A stretch of DNA of 64,000 bases from Chrysomallon squamiferum (taxonomy: Eukaryota; Animalia; Mollusca), in contig CM022665.1 of assembly GCA_012295275.1 (NCBI GenBank), positions 42,594,001 to 42,658,000 of the forward strand. The letters are read 5' to 3'. The position numbers were made by a program, and so were the translations under genes. A model generated the notes under the pieces. That model ran no database searches, was not told the origin of the DNA, and saw nothing but the letters and a program-made list of their open reading frames with translations. Of this stretch, positions 28,560 through 41,400 are shown in pieces; within the stretch, counting starts at the first letter, position 1; the number at the start of each line of letters is the position of its first letter.

Positions 28560-30248
28560 AAAGTATGTCGCAAAATCTTGTGTCCATCGCTTCAGCAGTG
28601 GAAGGGAGGTAACTGTAGATACTTCATTGACTCGGCGAAAGGGATTTTAATCAAAATGGAAATGATTATGATTCCTTTGTCGCTTTTGGAAATGGAACTG
28701 TTTCTTTTCGATAAAACGTTAATAAATGCTGTACGGGAAAAAATACCTTGGGATTTTTATGTACTTAAAATATCTGTCCAGTTAGCTCTCCAGCCTGAAA
28801 AAGTCGACAACCCCAGGAACGACTATTACAATGAAACTACTACGACAACACTCCCGATGCCAGACACTTATACAGTTGTTTTCGTCAAAGTGTCTATTAT
28901 TGTTACTGCAGCGTCTCCTGTCTCCATGTCCAAAACAAAGAAAAGCCTTCTCGATTTTCAGTACGAGAAATTTACTGTAGGAATCAGAAGATTCGCAGCT
29001 CTCCCCTCGGTTTATTTTGACATCCAGTCTCTGAATTTGTCTGTGAGTCCTAACATGTTAGAGACTGATACGTTTGAAGATGATGGGATTCAGATGTTGT
29101 CGACTGCAGCAATTCTTGACATCCCGTATCCTTATCTCCAGTGTCCTCACGTAGAATTCAAAGACGACGAATATGAAAGACTTCCAAACGGATCATTGCT
29201 TGTCGTTCCTGATTCGCTTTACGTGTACGATCCTCATTTTGAAATAACCAATTCTTCAAAACTTCGAGTCTGTGTTGATCATCTCCGTCACCAAATAGAC
29301 CAGAAAAAAACTTTGAATAGCAAAGACAGGAACGACGTACTCAATTTAAACCTGTCTGATCGAACGATTACAACTGTCACTGCAGTGTTTCTAGGTCTCA
29401 GCTTGCTGTGTCTTTTCCTCACCTTTCTGACTCATTGTCTTTTCGCAGATTTGAGGACTCTGCCAGGAATCAACTTGATGTTCCTCACCTCGTCTTTGTT
29501 TGTGTCCCAGGCTCTCTACCTGTTCGGTGCTGGCGCCACGGACGACGAATTCATATGCAGAATCATCGGCATCGTCATCCACTACAGTTGGCTGGTGACA
29601 TTTGCTTGGATGAACGTCTGCTCCTTCCACGTCTTCAGAGTGTTCAAAAACCTGTTTTCTGCCCTTGGCTTTAATGATAAAAAAGTAACTATCATCGTCA
29701 GATATGCGCTTTTTTCATACATCGTCCCCGGCGTCATTGTTGTACTCAACATCCTTATTCATTATTACGTTTTGCACCAACAGTCGCTTGGATACAGCGA
29801 AGGAGGGAATATTTGTTTCATTACATCAGGACTCGCGTCAGTTCTCTCCTTTGGTATTCCTGCAGGTCTCACAGTTCTTATGTCTTCAGTCTTCTTCATC
29901 TACACATGCGTGGTGCTTCACAAAACATCCAAAGAGAGGCAGACGGTGGGCAAAAAGGAGAGCATTCCTGTGTTTCGATTCTTCAAACTGACGTCAATTA
30001 CTGGACTGTCCTGGTTGTTTGGATTCCTCGGGTCAGTATTAAAAGTTGAAATCCTGGCCTATGTGTTCATCATTTTGGCTGGAGGGCAGGGTTTGCTCAT
30101 CTTTCTGTCCTTCACGTGCACAAAGATCGTGTGGAAGAAATGCACGGCTTGCATCTGTCAAGTGAGAAGAAAGAAAGAAACAGAGAATTTGTCTCACTTT
30201 ACAAGCGGCGCAGTGGACAGTTCGTCCACAGAACAAACCATGACATGA
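28560..30248 (+). CDS. Methuselah-like / class B GPCR, coding exon 2: remainder of ectodomain and 7TM
   Basis: Acceptor TTGCAG|AAA, phase 0. Seven hydrophobic segments with class-B/Mth-like motifs (SLLCLFLTF, LRTLPGINL, CRIIGIVIHYSWLVTFAWM, GLSWLFGF, GGQGLLIF). Stop TGA at 30246-30248; AATAAA at 30284 and 30291. Spliced protein about 881 aa. Confidence 0.9.
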   Translation, partial: KVCRKILCPSLQQWKGGNCRYFIDSAKGILIKMEMIMIPLSLLEMELFLFDKTLINAVREKIPWDFYVLKISVQLALQPEKVDNPRNDYYNETTTTTLPMPDTYTVVFVKVSIIVTAASPVSMSKTKKSLLDFQYEKFTVGIRRFAALPSVYFDIQSLNLSVSPNMLETDTFEDDGIQMLSTAAILDIPYPYLQCPHVEFKDDEYERLPNGSLLVVPDSLYVYDPHFEITNSSKLRVCVDHLRHQIDQKKTLNSKDRNDVLNLNLSDRTITTVTAVFLGLSLLCLFLTFLTHCLFADLRTLPGINLMFLTSSLFVSQALYLFGAGATDDEFICRIIGIVIHYSWLVTFAWMNVCSFHVFRVFKNLFSALGFNDKKVTIIVRYALFSYIVPGVIVVLNILIHYYVLHQQSLGYSEGGNICFITSGLASVLSFGIPAGLTVLMSSVFFIYTCVVLHKTSKERQTVGKKESIPVFRFFKLTSITGLSWLFGFLGSVLKVEILAYVFIILAGGQGLLIFLSFTCTKIVWKKCTACICQVRRKKETENLSHFTSGAVDSSSTEQTMT

Positions 30249-30811
30249 AAACATTATCATAACAGACAGACAATAGTTATTTGAATAAACAATAAAATAT
30301 TGAAATGATGTTTTTTTTTTGTTGTATTTTTTTAAACGAAAAAAAAAAAAAAAAAAAACCTGAAAGAAATCAGATTTTTACACCTAGCACACATCTTAGA
30401 ACATGATATATATTTTAATTAACAAAATTTATTTTTTATTTAATATTTATTTTTGGCATGATGGATCTTATTAAAGGCAATAAATAGCTGTCACCAGCTA
30501 TGATGGGAAGAAAATTATTTTTTATTATGATCACAAGCTTCCTTTGACTGACATTCACATAACTGTCCATCAGAGATCAACAGCCTGACAAACTGAATGT
30601 GGAAGGAAAAACACTGCAGATTAAGAGAAAGTGCAATACTGGACAAAATGGTGTTTAGCGTCATGATGCAGACAGTCATTTCTACTCACAAGAATTTTAC
30701 TTTCAATGAAGGTAAAAATGTCACAAGACATTCTCTCTGGAAGTCACTGAAAGTTCACTGCATTTCCAGTAGAGTTTGTGCAAGAATTCACTCAATCGTT
30801 AAAAAAAAAAA

Positions 30812-30850
<39 letters not shown>

Positions 30851-31014
30851 AATAAAATAAAATAAAATAAAATAAAATAAATAAATAAATAAATAAATAA
30901 AACATAATTCGTAATTTAATTTTTAATTTGTTTATTATTATTTTTTTTAAATGACCTCTTCAAGATAAAGGGGGCAAACATTGGTTTCCGTAACGAATGC
31001 TTAACGTAAAACGT

Positions 31015-31565
31015 CTTTCAAATCGTGGACAACAACACTCATGGGCACCTAGCTTACATCATCATCATATTTAATAAATAAATAAAATAAATAAATTAGT
31101 GTCCATGCTGGAGAGACAAGAATTTCCTATTTCTAAAACATATTCTCCTTTATCAAAAACTTAACATGAAAAGGTAATTTCTTTTATATTTAATTTATTT
31201 ACAAGTATTAACGTATTGAATTTAATTTATTTACCTATATTGAATCCTTCGCTGTTTTACAAGTAAGCTAAAATATTAAGAGAGTTAATTTTAAATATTA
31301 CTCTTTTCAATCAATGTCGTCCGCATTCACGCCATGACGAATCTTGTAGCACAACACCCGTGGGCATCTGGCTAAAATCATCTTCATCATCATCATCATC
31401 ATCATCATATTACTCAATAAATAAATAATAAGTGTCCATGTTAGAGTCGTAAGAATTACCTATTTCTAAAATATATTCTCCCATTACGAAAACAATATGA
31501 AAAGGTAACTTGTTTTACATTAAATTTATTTACCAGTAAATTATTTGATATCATATATTTACCTA
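31015..31565. repeat. Diverged tandem duplication of about 320 bp
   Basis: CAACAC..TGGGCA, AGTGTCCATG, CCTATTTCTAAAA.ATATTCTCC and TGAAAAGGTAA occur in the same order at about 31030-31180 and 31350-31510. Confidence 0.8.
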
Positions 31566-32443
31566 TTTTGTTTGTTTAATTATTCATTCATCTATTTACT
31601 GTTGATTTGTTTATTTATATTTTTATTCTTACGTCGTTTTGCCGACTGCTCCCGAGTGGAGCCGAATGTAACGTCCAAATAAAAAATAAAAATGTATTAA
31701 GTGACGTCATATCTATGACAACCAGATTTCCCTTGTGAATTATCGCTTTGGAAAGATGAATTTCTTCAGAAAATATTTTTTCTCTCGAAAGAGGAAAAAG
31801 AAAGAATATTATCGAAGCAAGTAAGATTTTCCTAAGATTGCATATTATAACACGTCAAAATTCATTACGTGGGATACATTTACATATAACTTTGCAGTTT
31901 AGGTTCTATAAATATTTTGCTATGATTTATAACTGTTTCTGCGAAAACATTAAATGTCTATGGTCAAACCAGTCAATGCCGACAACGCGAAGATTTAAAC
32001 TGCACGATTACCGATTTATATTCATATTTGATTTTATAAATCAACTATTAATACAATTTATTATCTAGTGCGTTCTCTGATCATTCAAACGTTTAGATAT
32101 TAAAATTAGGAATTTATGTGATTGTTTTAATAACGAGTTACTGTTACTAGTACCACTATCACCATGACTCCACTTTTATAAGATTCCTCAACTTTAATCG
32201 AAGCACTGACATTCATAATTAGTTTAGTATTAGACTATGCTATCGGATTTAAACGGCGAACGGGTGAAGGGAGATAACTTTGTTCATACTACTTACAGTG
32301 TTATGCCAAGACATTTGTAGAGTTCTCTTTGAATTTCAGCTAAGTCTACGAAATGCAGGGATTTTACAGCCCTACTTTTAAATTATAATCGAACAGACTA
32401 TACCTCTAACAATCTTTTATTATTATTAATTTTTTTTTACCAG

Positions 32444-35400
32444 TGACTATGTATTCTTCCCGGAAGGGTACGAAGATGTAAGCGTTGCCGATAAGACTCA
32501 GGTATGTTTTATTTGTATTCTTCAATTTTAATACTTTTAGTGTGAAATTCATAACTTGGTATAAAACAAACAAACAAACAAACAAACAAATATACAAATA
32601 AATTTTAAAAATAAATAAATAAAATCAATAATTATAATAAGAATAATAATAAAAATTATAATAAGAATAAATATGTTAATTATTAAATGTTTCTTTGATT
32701 TCCTTAACAACAACAATACTACTAATAAAAATGATCTCGATTGTTAAATTATTTTGAAGTTTAATATAATTTTTTTTTTTTTTTTTTTTATAGAATAACA
32801 TCTTTGAAATCTTTGGTGGGTATTTAAATAAGTTTACACTATACAGTTTCTTTAGTCACAATACACATTGCACATATATTTCAGGTGGGGGCACGCTGAG
32901 GCGGGGCTGTCCAGTAAAAACAGCAGTAGTTTTCATGATATCAGTTGTAATATTAATATTAGTAGAAGTAGTAGTACTACTAATTAGTACCAATGAAGAC
33001 AGGAGACAGGAGAAAAATATTAGACAAAAGATTTCCAGTGTAATTATTTATAAATAATTATTTACTCTATTAAGAAGTATAAACTGTATTGCAAATACGC
33101 ATAGAAATACAATTTCGAATTTTCTACACACTTTATATCTGCTATATGAAAAAATGGAACATAATAAATGATATTAAACAATGGAAATATAAACAGCTAC
33201 ATTTTAATATTGTGTAATGGATGTTTATTCTGAATTTTGAAATTTGAAATATCAATTTATCTATCAAAGGATTATCTAAGTTCTGTAAATCTTGTAGATT
33301 TCACATGTCCAGTGACCAAGACATTTCAAGACTTTGAACACACCCCGGTAATTATCAGTTTAATATTCTTTTTCTTTGTAATTTATATATTCTTTCCCTC
33401 TTTTTTCTTTCTTTTGTCTATTTATTTATTTTAACTATATATATATATATATATATATTCTTTGTTTTCAGATTTGTTTTCATTAAATATATGAATTTAA
33501 TATCGTCAGTGTTTTATATGTTAGTAATTTTAAGTGTTAAATGAATTTTTATTTCATCATTATTATTATTTTTCTTTTTTGTAATTATGAGGAATACTTT
33601 AACTAAGAATGACAATAATTGGTAACTGTTTGTTGTTAATTAATTGATATGCATCATTTCAGGATAATACAGGTGCGAGGGAGGAGGAAGAAGACCTCAT
33701 TGTAAGTTTCAAACATTAATGTGATGAAAACATTCGGTTGTTCCACTTTATTTTATTACACTGTCCTTACAAAATCCTGTATTAATATTCTCTACTAAAT
33801 CATCTAATACATATTTATTTAAAACAGACTGAAATTTAATTTATAACTCTGAAATATAAAAACATAATGCAGTTTAAAAACTCAGTGATATTTCCCACCA
33901 ACAGCATAGTTACCTGACTCCGTGAATGAAATTATAACAACATGAAATCATTTAAAATGCTAAGAAAGAAATTTTAAAACTTACAAAACTAAAATGAATT
34001 ATATAATTTCACTTTCCAGTTCTATATTGAAATTGATGGCTACACTCCACCGACCGGTGAGTATTTTTAATCAACCTATTTGTGCACATTTACTGTACAC
34101 CAATGTTTTAAGAGACACCTTGCAATGATAAGCAACTAAAATGATGTACATATCTATTCTTTAGAAAATGAAAGAAATTATCATTCCAGTGTTCAAATGA
34201 TTATTCTTCTTAATTACCTACAAGGTACAAGATACTAAAATTGTGGCACTATATGTTTCTTAATAAATCATTGACAGTTGCGAACAATATAAAACCATAT
34301 TTTAACTCTAAGCTGTCTAATCTGATCCAAAAACTAAATTATTTTAAGAAAAAAAGTTGTTATAAACTAACATGAAAAACTGGATTAAAATATTAAACAA
34401 AGTCATGTAATCAATATTTTGTAATGATTAACAAAAATTATTGTATGAAGGTGAAACTCCTTTTATTTTTTTTTTTTTTTATATTACTTAATCTTTTTTA
34501 TTATTGTTTTTTTAAAGCACCATACATTCCCGATTTTGACATTTTTAATGAAACTGCGAACTGTAGTGGACCCTTCCATGTGATGGTTAGTATTTGCACT
34601 TTAGTTTTTAATCAATAAAATTGTTCTGTCATTTACAACTGAAGATTTTCCATAGTATCAGACAAAAAAAGGGAAACAATAAAAAAAAAAAAATAATAAT
34701 AATAATAAATAAATAAATAATAAATAAACTAAAATAATAAAAGTAAATAAAGACTAATTTGTTTTAAATTTTTTTTTTTTTTTTTTTTTAATGCACCATA
34801 TATTCCTGATTTTGACACTTCTAATGAAACTACTAATTGTAGTGTACCCTTCCATGTGTCGGTTAGTATTTGCACATCAATTGTTAATAAATAAAATTGT
34901 TATATCATTTACAACTGAAGATTTTCCATAATATGAGATGAAAAAAGGGACACAACACGAACAAATAATAATATTAATAATAATAATAAACAAAAATAAA
35001 AAATAAAAAATAAATAAATAAAATATAATTTTAAAAAGGAAATAAAGACTAGTTAATGTCCGTGTTTAATGTGAGCATCCCACTTAGAGATGTTTACTAG
35101 ACTATTTATTGTGGTTGAGATTTGAGATATACAGGATCAGTTCTACTTACAGCCATTTCCCAATCCAGTCACAGCCCCATTATTCATTTATGAAGAATAC
35201 AGAATCCCTATGGAAAGATGCCTTTAAAATATCTCCTTTTAGTCAGTAAGCCCATGATGTATTGTCTGTAGTTTTCCTTTGCTGACCTCTGTAAAATAAA
35301 AATATAATTTACTCCATTCATTCACTTTTACTTTATTGTGAAACTCAAAGAAAGGTCTCAGTATAGTTTATTCCTTTATTAACTTTTACGAAAAATTCTA

Positions 35401-37907
35401 TTTAGATTTTATATTTCATGACACTTAAATTAAGATTTTACATTACTTTGTTCATTAATGTGTGTAAAGTGTAGTGATAAAAAAGTATAATGTTAAATGT
35501 GTTTTTGTCTCTTTATTCAGACTCCACAGATAGAACATGAAAGAAGGGTGTGTATAGCTTTTTAACTCTAGAATTATCGTTATTATTAAATGTCTTACAG
35601 AATACTTTATATAAAACTAAGTGAAGACAATGAATGCAAAGAGTTAATTAAAGTGTTCATAACTACATCCACTGCAATCTGCTATTTTGTTTATTTTCAG
35701 TTTCTTTGGCACTGAATATCACTGTATAGATGACACATGTTAACTATGAATATGAGTATTGAGTCATACATAATTCTCAAGTTTACCAAAAAATAAATAA
35801 ATAAATTTGGAAATAAAGATAAAAAGGAAAAAGAAAAGAATAGAGTTTTATTATCATCAATTATTACGTATTATATATTATTATAATTCTCTTTCCTTAA
35901 TATTAAGAAAGTTTGGCCCCTAAAAAGAAAATCTCAAAGTTAGACAATTTATTTAGTCTACAGTTTCAAATTTCATTTTACTTGCAGGTCCACTCCTCTG
36001 AAAAAAACACCGATCATGAGTGAGTTACTACTAAAAATTCTTAATTAATGTTATTAACAAACAAACAAAAAGCCACAAAAGAAAGTAACCATTAACATCA
36101 ATCAGATAAAGTAACTATTAACATAAGAATAGGAAAATGTATTTCTTTGTCATTTGAAAAAAATATTGGTAGTAATTTGTTTTATGTTATTAAATCTTGG
36201 TTTGTCATGTTACTATTTTAAAAGCTTTATCAAAATTACTTTGATTTAAATATTTGATTCATGTTTCTTAGAAGTGTATCTTTGCCTCAAATAAACTGTT
36301 TAATAAATAAATACAGATAAAAAAGGTAAAGAGTTTGAGAACAAAAGGTGTTCTTTTATTATTTCCTTTTTATTGATTGATTTATTTATTGTTATTGATA
36401 TTATTGTTATTATTATTTCAAAATAGATGGTTTATCTTTTTGGTATTTTGCAGCTTTCATCCTGACCAAAACATAAACGCACCTTTGAATGAGTTGGTTA
36501 GTATATGCACATTAGTTGTTAATAAATAAAATTGTTTTGTCATTTACAACTTAACATTTTCCTTAACATTAGGAAAAAAACAACAAAAAACAAATAAATA
36601 AATAAATTTTAAAAAGTAAAATAAACACAGGTTAATGGTTGTGTTTAATGTGAGCATCCCACTTGGAGATTGTGGTAGACTATTTATTGTGGCTGAGATT
36701 TGAGATATTCAGGATCAGTTCTACTTACAATCATTTCCCATGAGCCTCATCATTCATTTATCAAGAATATTGAATCTCAGAGGGAAAATGCCTTTGAAAT
36801 ACCTCCTTTTAGTCAGAAATCCCATGGTGTATTGTGTGTTGTTTTCCTTTCCTGACCTCTGTAAAAGAAAAATATATTTTACTCCATTCATTCACTTTTT
36901 CTTTATTGTGAAACTAAAAGAAACCTAAAAAATCTCAGTATAGTTTATTACTTTATCAAATTTTATGAAAAATACTATTTAGATTTTATATTTCATGACA
37001 CTTATATTAAGATTTTATATTACTTTGTTCATTAATGTGTGTAAAGTGTAATGATAAAAATGTAATATGTTAAATGTGCTTTTGTCTCTTTATCCAGACT
37101 CCGCAGACAGATGAGAAGAAAAGAAAGGTGTAGTATAACTTTTTAACATCTAGAAATATTGTTATTATTAAATGTCCTATAGAATACTTTAGATATATGT
37201 AAGTGATCAGGATGGATGCCAAGAGTTAATTAAAGAGAGTCTGTATACTTTCAAAATGTATGTGTTCATAGCTACATCCACTGCAATTTGCTATTTTCTG
37301 TATTTTCGGTTTCTTTGGCACTGAATAACACTGTAGAGATGATATATGTTAACTTCACATATAAATATCAGTAATGACTCATTCATAATCCTGAAATGTA
37401 CTACAAAAATAAATAAGCAAGTTATGAAATAAAGAAAAAAAAAAAAAAAAAAAATGCAGCCTCTAAAAAGAAAATTTTAAAGTAACAAACTTTATTAAGT
37501 CTACAATTTCAAATTTCATTTTACTTACAGGTCCACTTCTCTGGGGAAAACACCATACACAAGTGAGTTACTATTAATATATCTTAATTAATGTTATTAA
37601 CAAACAAAACAAACAGAAACAAAGTAACCATTAAGAAGAATCAGATAAAGTGACTTTTGACATAAGCATAGGAAAATGTATTTTTTTTGTTATATGAAAA
37701 AGAATTATAGGTACTAATTTTTTGACATGTTATTAGATCTTGATTTGTCATGAAACTATTTTGAAATCTTTATTTAATAACAAAATACTTTGGTTTAAAT
37801 ATCTGGTCCATGTTTCTAAGAAGCCTATCTTTGCCTCAAACTGTTTAATAAATAAATACAGATACAAAAAACTAAAATGTATAATTATTTTATTATTTAT
37901 TTATTTA

Positions 37908-37978
<71 letters not shown>

Positions 37979-38214
37979 TTGGATTCAAAACATATGGTTT
38001 ATCTTTATTGGTATTTTGCAGGTTTCATCCTGGCCAAAAAATTAAGTCCACACCACTGCAACAGCTATTTCGTGTTTTTTGCCTGTGTATGTATAAAGAA
38101 AAGAAATATTACATATTTTGTAGATCATTCATTATTCTAATCATCCATCCAGTATTTTCTTTACAAGCAACTGAACCTAAAACAAATCCCATACGTGCAA
38201 CAGATAACAGAAAT
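32444..38214 (+). CDS. Putative micro-exon gene of unknown function (13 predicted exons of 22-68 nt; start and end not defined)
   Basis: AG/GT-bounded exons: 32444-32501, 32794-32815, 33298-33347, 33663-33701, 34020-34056, 34518-34585, 35521-35547, 35988-36019, 36454-36496, 37098-37127, 37531-37562, 38022-38086, 38168-38214. They join phase-compatibly without stops. Differences versus copy 2 include synonymous changes and 3-nt and 6-nt indels. Confidence 0.6.
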
Positions 38215-38443
38215 GTACATATCCCCCTACAATACAATTAGTATATAAAAACAAGATATTTACTCATATATAATTATTAGATAAAATCAATACATTTACT
38301 TTGAACAGTTTATTATAGAAATGTGTTTCACCTAGTAACTTCATTATCACTGGAGTGGGCTTAAATATTCATTCGTTTGTTTTACAGACCACTAAGGAAA
38401 CCAGAACAATTAGGAAAAAGGACACGACTGGTTTTATACATTA

Positions 38444-41400
38444 TAGTTTTTTGATTGAATTTAATTTTTTGTGAATAACAAATGAAATACAATTAAACTT
38501 GTTATTATTGTAAAAAAAACACCAAAGAAAATAGAAAAAAAAAACCACTGTAAATATTTTAACTTATTATTTTTTTGATTAAATATAATTGTTTTGTAAA
38601 TAACAAATGAAATACAATTAAACTTTTTATTAGTGGAAAATATAAAAAATGAAAACCAATATAAATATGTATACATACTAGTTTTTTGATTAAATATAAT
38701 TGTTTTGTAAATAACAAATCAAATACAATGAAACTTTTTATTAGTGTAAAAAAACAAACAAAAAACAATGTAGATATGTGTATCTACTAGTTTTTGATTA
38801 AATATATTTTTGTAAATAATAAATGAAATACAATGAAACTTTTTATTAGTGTAAAAAAGTGATAACTGGTGCAAATAATAGTTTTTTGATTCAATATAAT
38901 TTTTGTAAATTACAAATGAATACAATTAAACTTTTTATTATTATAAAATAAAAAAAATAAAAATCCAATGTAAATATGTATACATACTAGTTTTTTGATT
39001 AAATATAATTGTTTTGTAAATAACAAATGAAATACAATTAAACTTTTTATTAGTGTAAAAAACAAACAAACAAAAAACAATGTAAATATGTGTATCTACT
39101 AGTTTTTGATTAAATATATTTTTATAAATAACAAATGAAATACAATGAAACTTTTTATTAGTGTAAAAAAAAAAAAAAGTGATAAGTGGTGCACATACTA
39201 GTTTTTTGATTCAATATAATTTTTGTAAATAACAAATGAATAAAATTAAACTTTTTATTATTGTAAAATAAAACAAAATAAAAATCCAATGTAAATATGT
39301 ATACATAGTAGTTTTTTGATTAAATATAATTGTTTTGTAAATAACAAATCAAATACAATTAAACATTTCATTAGTGAAAAAAAAAAATGTAAATATATGT
39401 ATCTACTAGTTTTTGATTAAATATAATTGTTTTGCAAATAACAAATGAAATACAATGAAACTTTTTATTAGTGTAAAAGAAAAACAAAAAGAATGTAAAT
39501 ATGAGTATCTACTAGTTTTTGATTAAAGATATTTTTGTAAATTACAAATGAATACAATTAAACTTTTTGTTATTGTAAAATAAAAATAAATAAAAATCCA
39601 ATGTAAATATGTATACATACTAGTTTTTTGATTAAATATAATTGTTTTGTAAATAACAAATCAAATACAATTAAACATTTCATTAGTGAAAAAAAAATGT
39701 AAATATATGTATTTACTAGTTTTTGATTAAATATAATTGTTTTGCAAATAACAAATGAAATACAATGAAACTTTTTATTAGTGTAAAAGAAAAAAAAAAC
39801 AGAATGTAAATATGAGTACATACCAGTTTTTACTATAGTACAAAGAAAAAACACTTTAAATGTGTACATAGAAGTTTTTGATTAAATTTAATTTTTTTGT
39901 AAATAACAAACAAGCACAATGAAACTTTTTATTAGTGTAAAAAGAATGTAAAATGTGTACATACTAGTTTTTTGATTAAATATATTTTTTTGTAAATACC
40001 AGATGAAATATAATTCTAATTCTAAGAAAAAACCCACTATAAAAATGTGTATATCCTAGTTTTTTGATTAAATTTAATTGCTTTGTAAATAACAAATGAA
40101 TACAGTTAAACTTTTATTAGAGTAAACAACAAGAAAAAAACAACAAAACAATGTAAATGTGTACATATTACTCTTTTATTAAATAATTGTTTTGTAAATA
40201 ACAAATGAAATGAAATGAAACCTTTTTATTATTGTAAGAAAACAAAACCTGTAAATGTGTATATACTAGTTTTTGATTAAATTTTTGTAAATAACAAATG
40301 AATTATAATTCTAAGAAATAAAACACTGTAAAAATGTGTATATACTAGTTTTTTGATTACATTCAATTGCCTTGTAAATAACAAATGAAATACAATTAAA
40401 CTTTTTATTATTGTAAGAAAAGAAAACCTGTAAATATATGTATATACTAGTTCTTAGATTAAATATAATTGTTTTGTAAACAACAAATGAAATAGAATGA
40501 AATTTAAACTAGTGTAAAAAAACAACAAAAAAATGTAAATGTGTACATACTAGTTTTTGATTCAATTTAGTTGTTTTGTAAATAACAAATGAAATAACTT
40601 ATTATTATTGTAAGAAAGAAAACACTGTAAATAGGTGTGTATACTAGTTTTTGATTAAATTTAATTGCTTTATAAATAACAAATGAAATACAGTTAAACT
40701 TTTTATTAGTGTAAAAAACAACAAAAACAACAATATGAATGTGTACATATTATTTTTTTATTAAATATATTTGTTTTATAAATAACAAATAAAATACAAT
40801 AAAAACTTCTTATCAGTGTATAAAACAAAACAAAACAAAACAATGTGAATGTGTAAATAATAGTTTTTTTTATTAAATATAATTGTTTTGTAAATAACAA
40901 ATGAAGTACAATGAAATTTTATTAGTGTAAAAAAAGTAAATATGTGTATATACTATTTTTTGTTAAATATAATTTTTTTGTAAATAACAAATGAAATACA
41001 ATTAAACTTCTTATTATTAAAAAAAAAAAAAAAAAAGAAACACTGTAAATATTTTATCTTATTAGTTTTTTGAGTAAATTGTGTTTTGTAAATAACAAAT
41101 GAAATACATTTAAACTTTTTATTGGTGTAAAAAAAAAAGAACAAGAAAAAATGTAAATATGTGTAGATACTAGTTTTTTGTATAAATATACTTTTTTTGT
41201 AAATAACAAACGAAATACAATTAATTTTTTTTTATAGTACAAAGAAAAAACACTTTAAATGTGTTCATACTAGTTTTTGATTACATTTAACTCTTTTGTA
41301 AACAACAAAAGAAATACAATTAAACCTTTTATTATTGTAAGAAAAAACACTGTAAATATGTGTCTACACTAGTTTTTTTTAATTAAATTTAATTGTTTTG

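Noticed and set aside
25624-30260. Overlapping alternative-frame and antisense ORFs within the GPCR exons (also 8384-, 8547-, 16234- in the homeobox gene)
   Set aside because: Shadow ORFs of genuine GC-richer coding sequence with no independent motifs.
31838-32068. Twin 76-80 aa ORFs (31838 and 43262) as a conserved small gene
   Set aside because: Their identity is explained by the segmental duplication; there is no recognisable domain and the start codons differ.
35701-35738. Additional candidate micro-exon TTTCTTTGGCACTGAATATCACTG (paralogues at about 37310, 46316, 47883)
   Set aside because: It has a stop in phase 0, no convincing donor, and a mutated acceptor in one copy; the exon chain is in frame without it.
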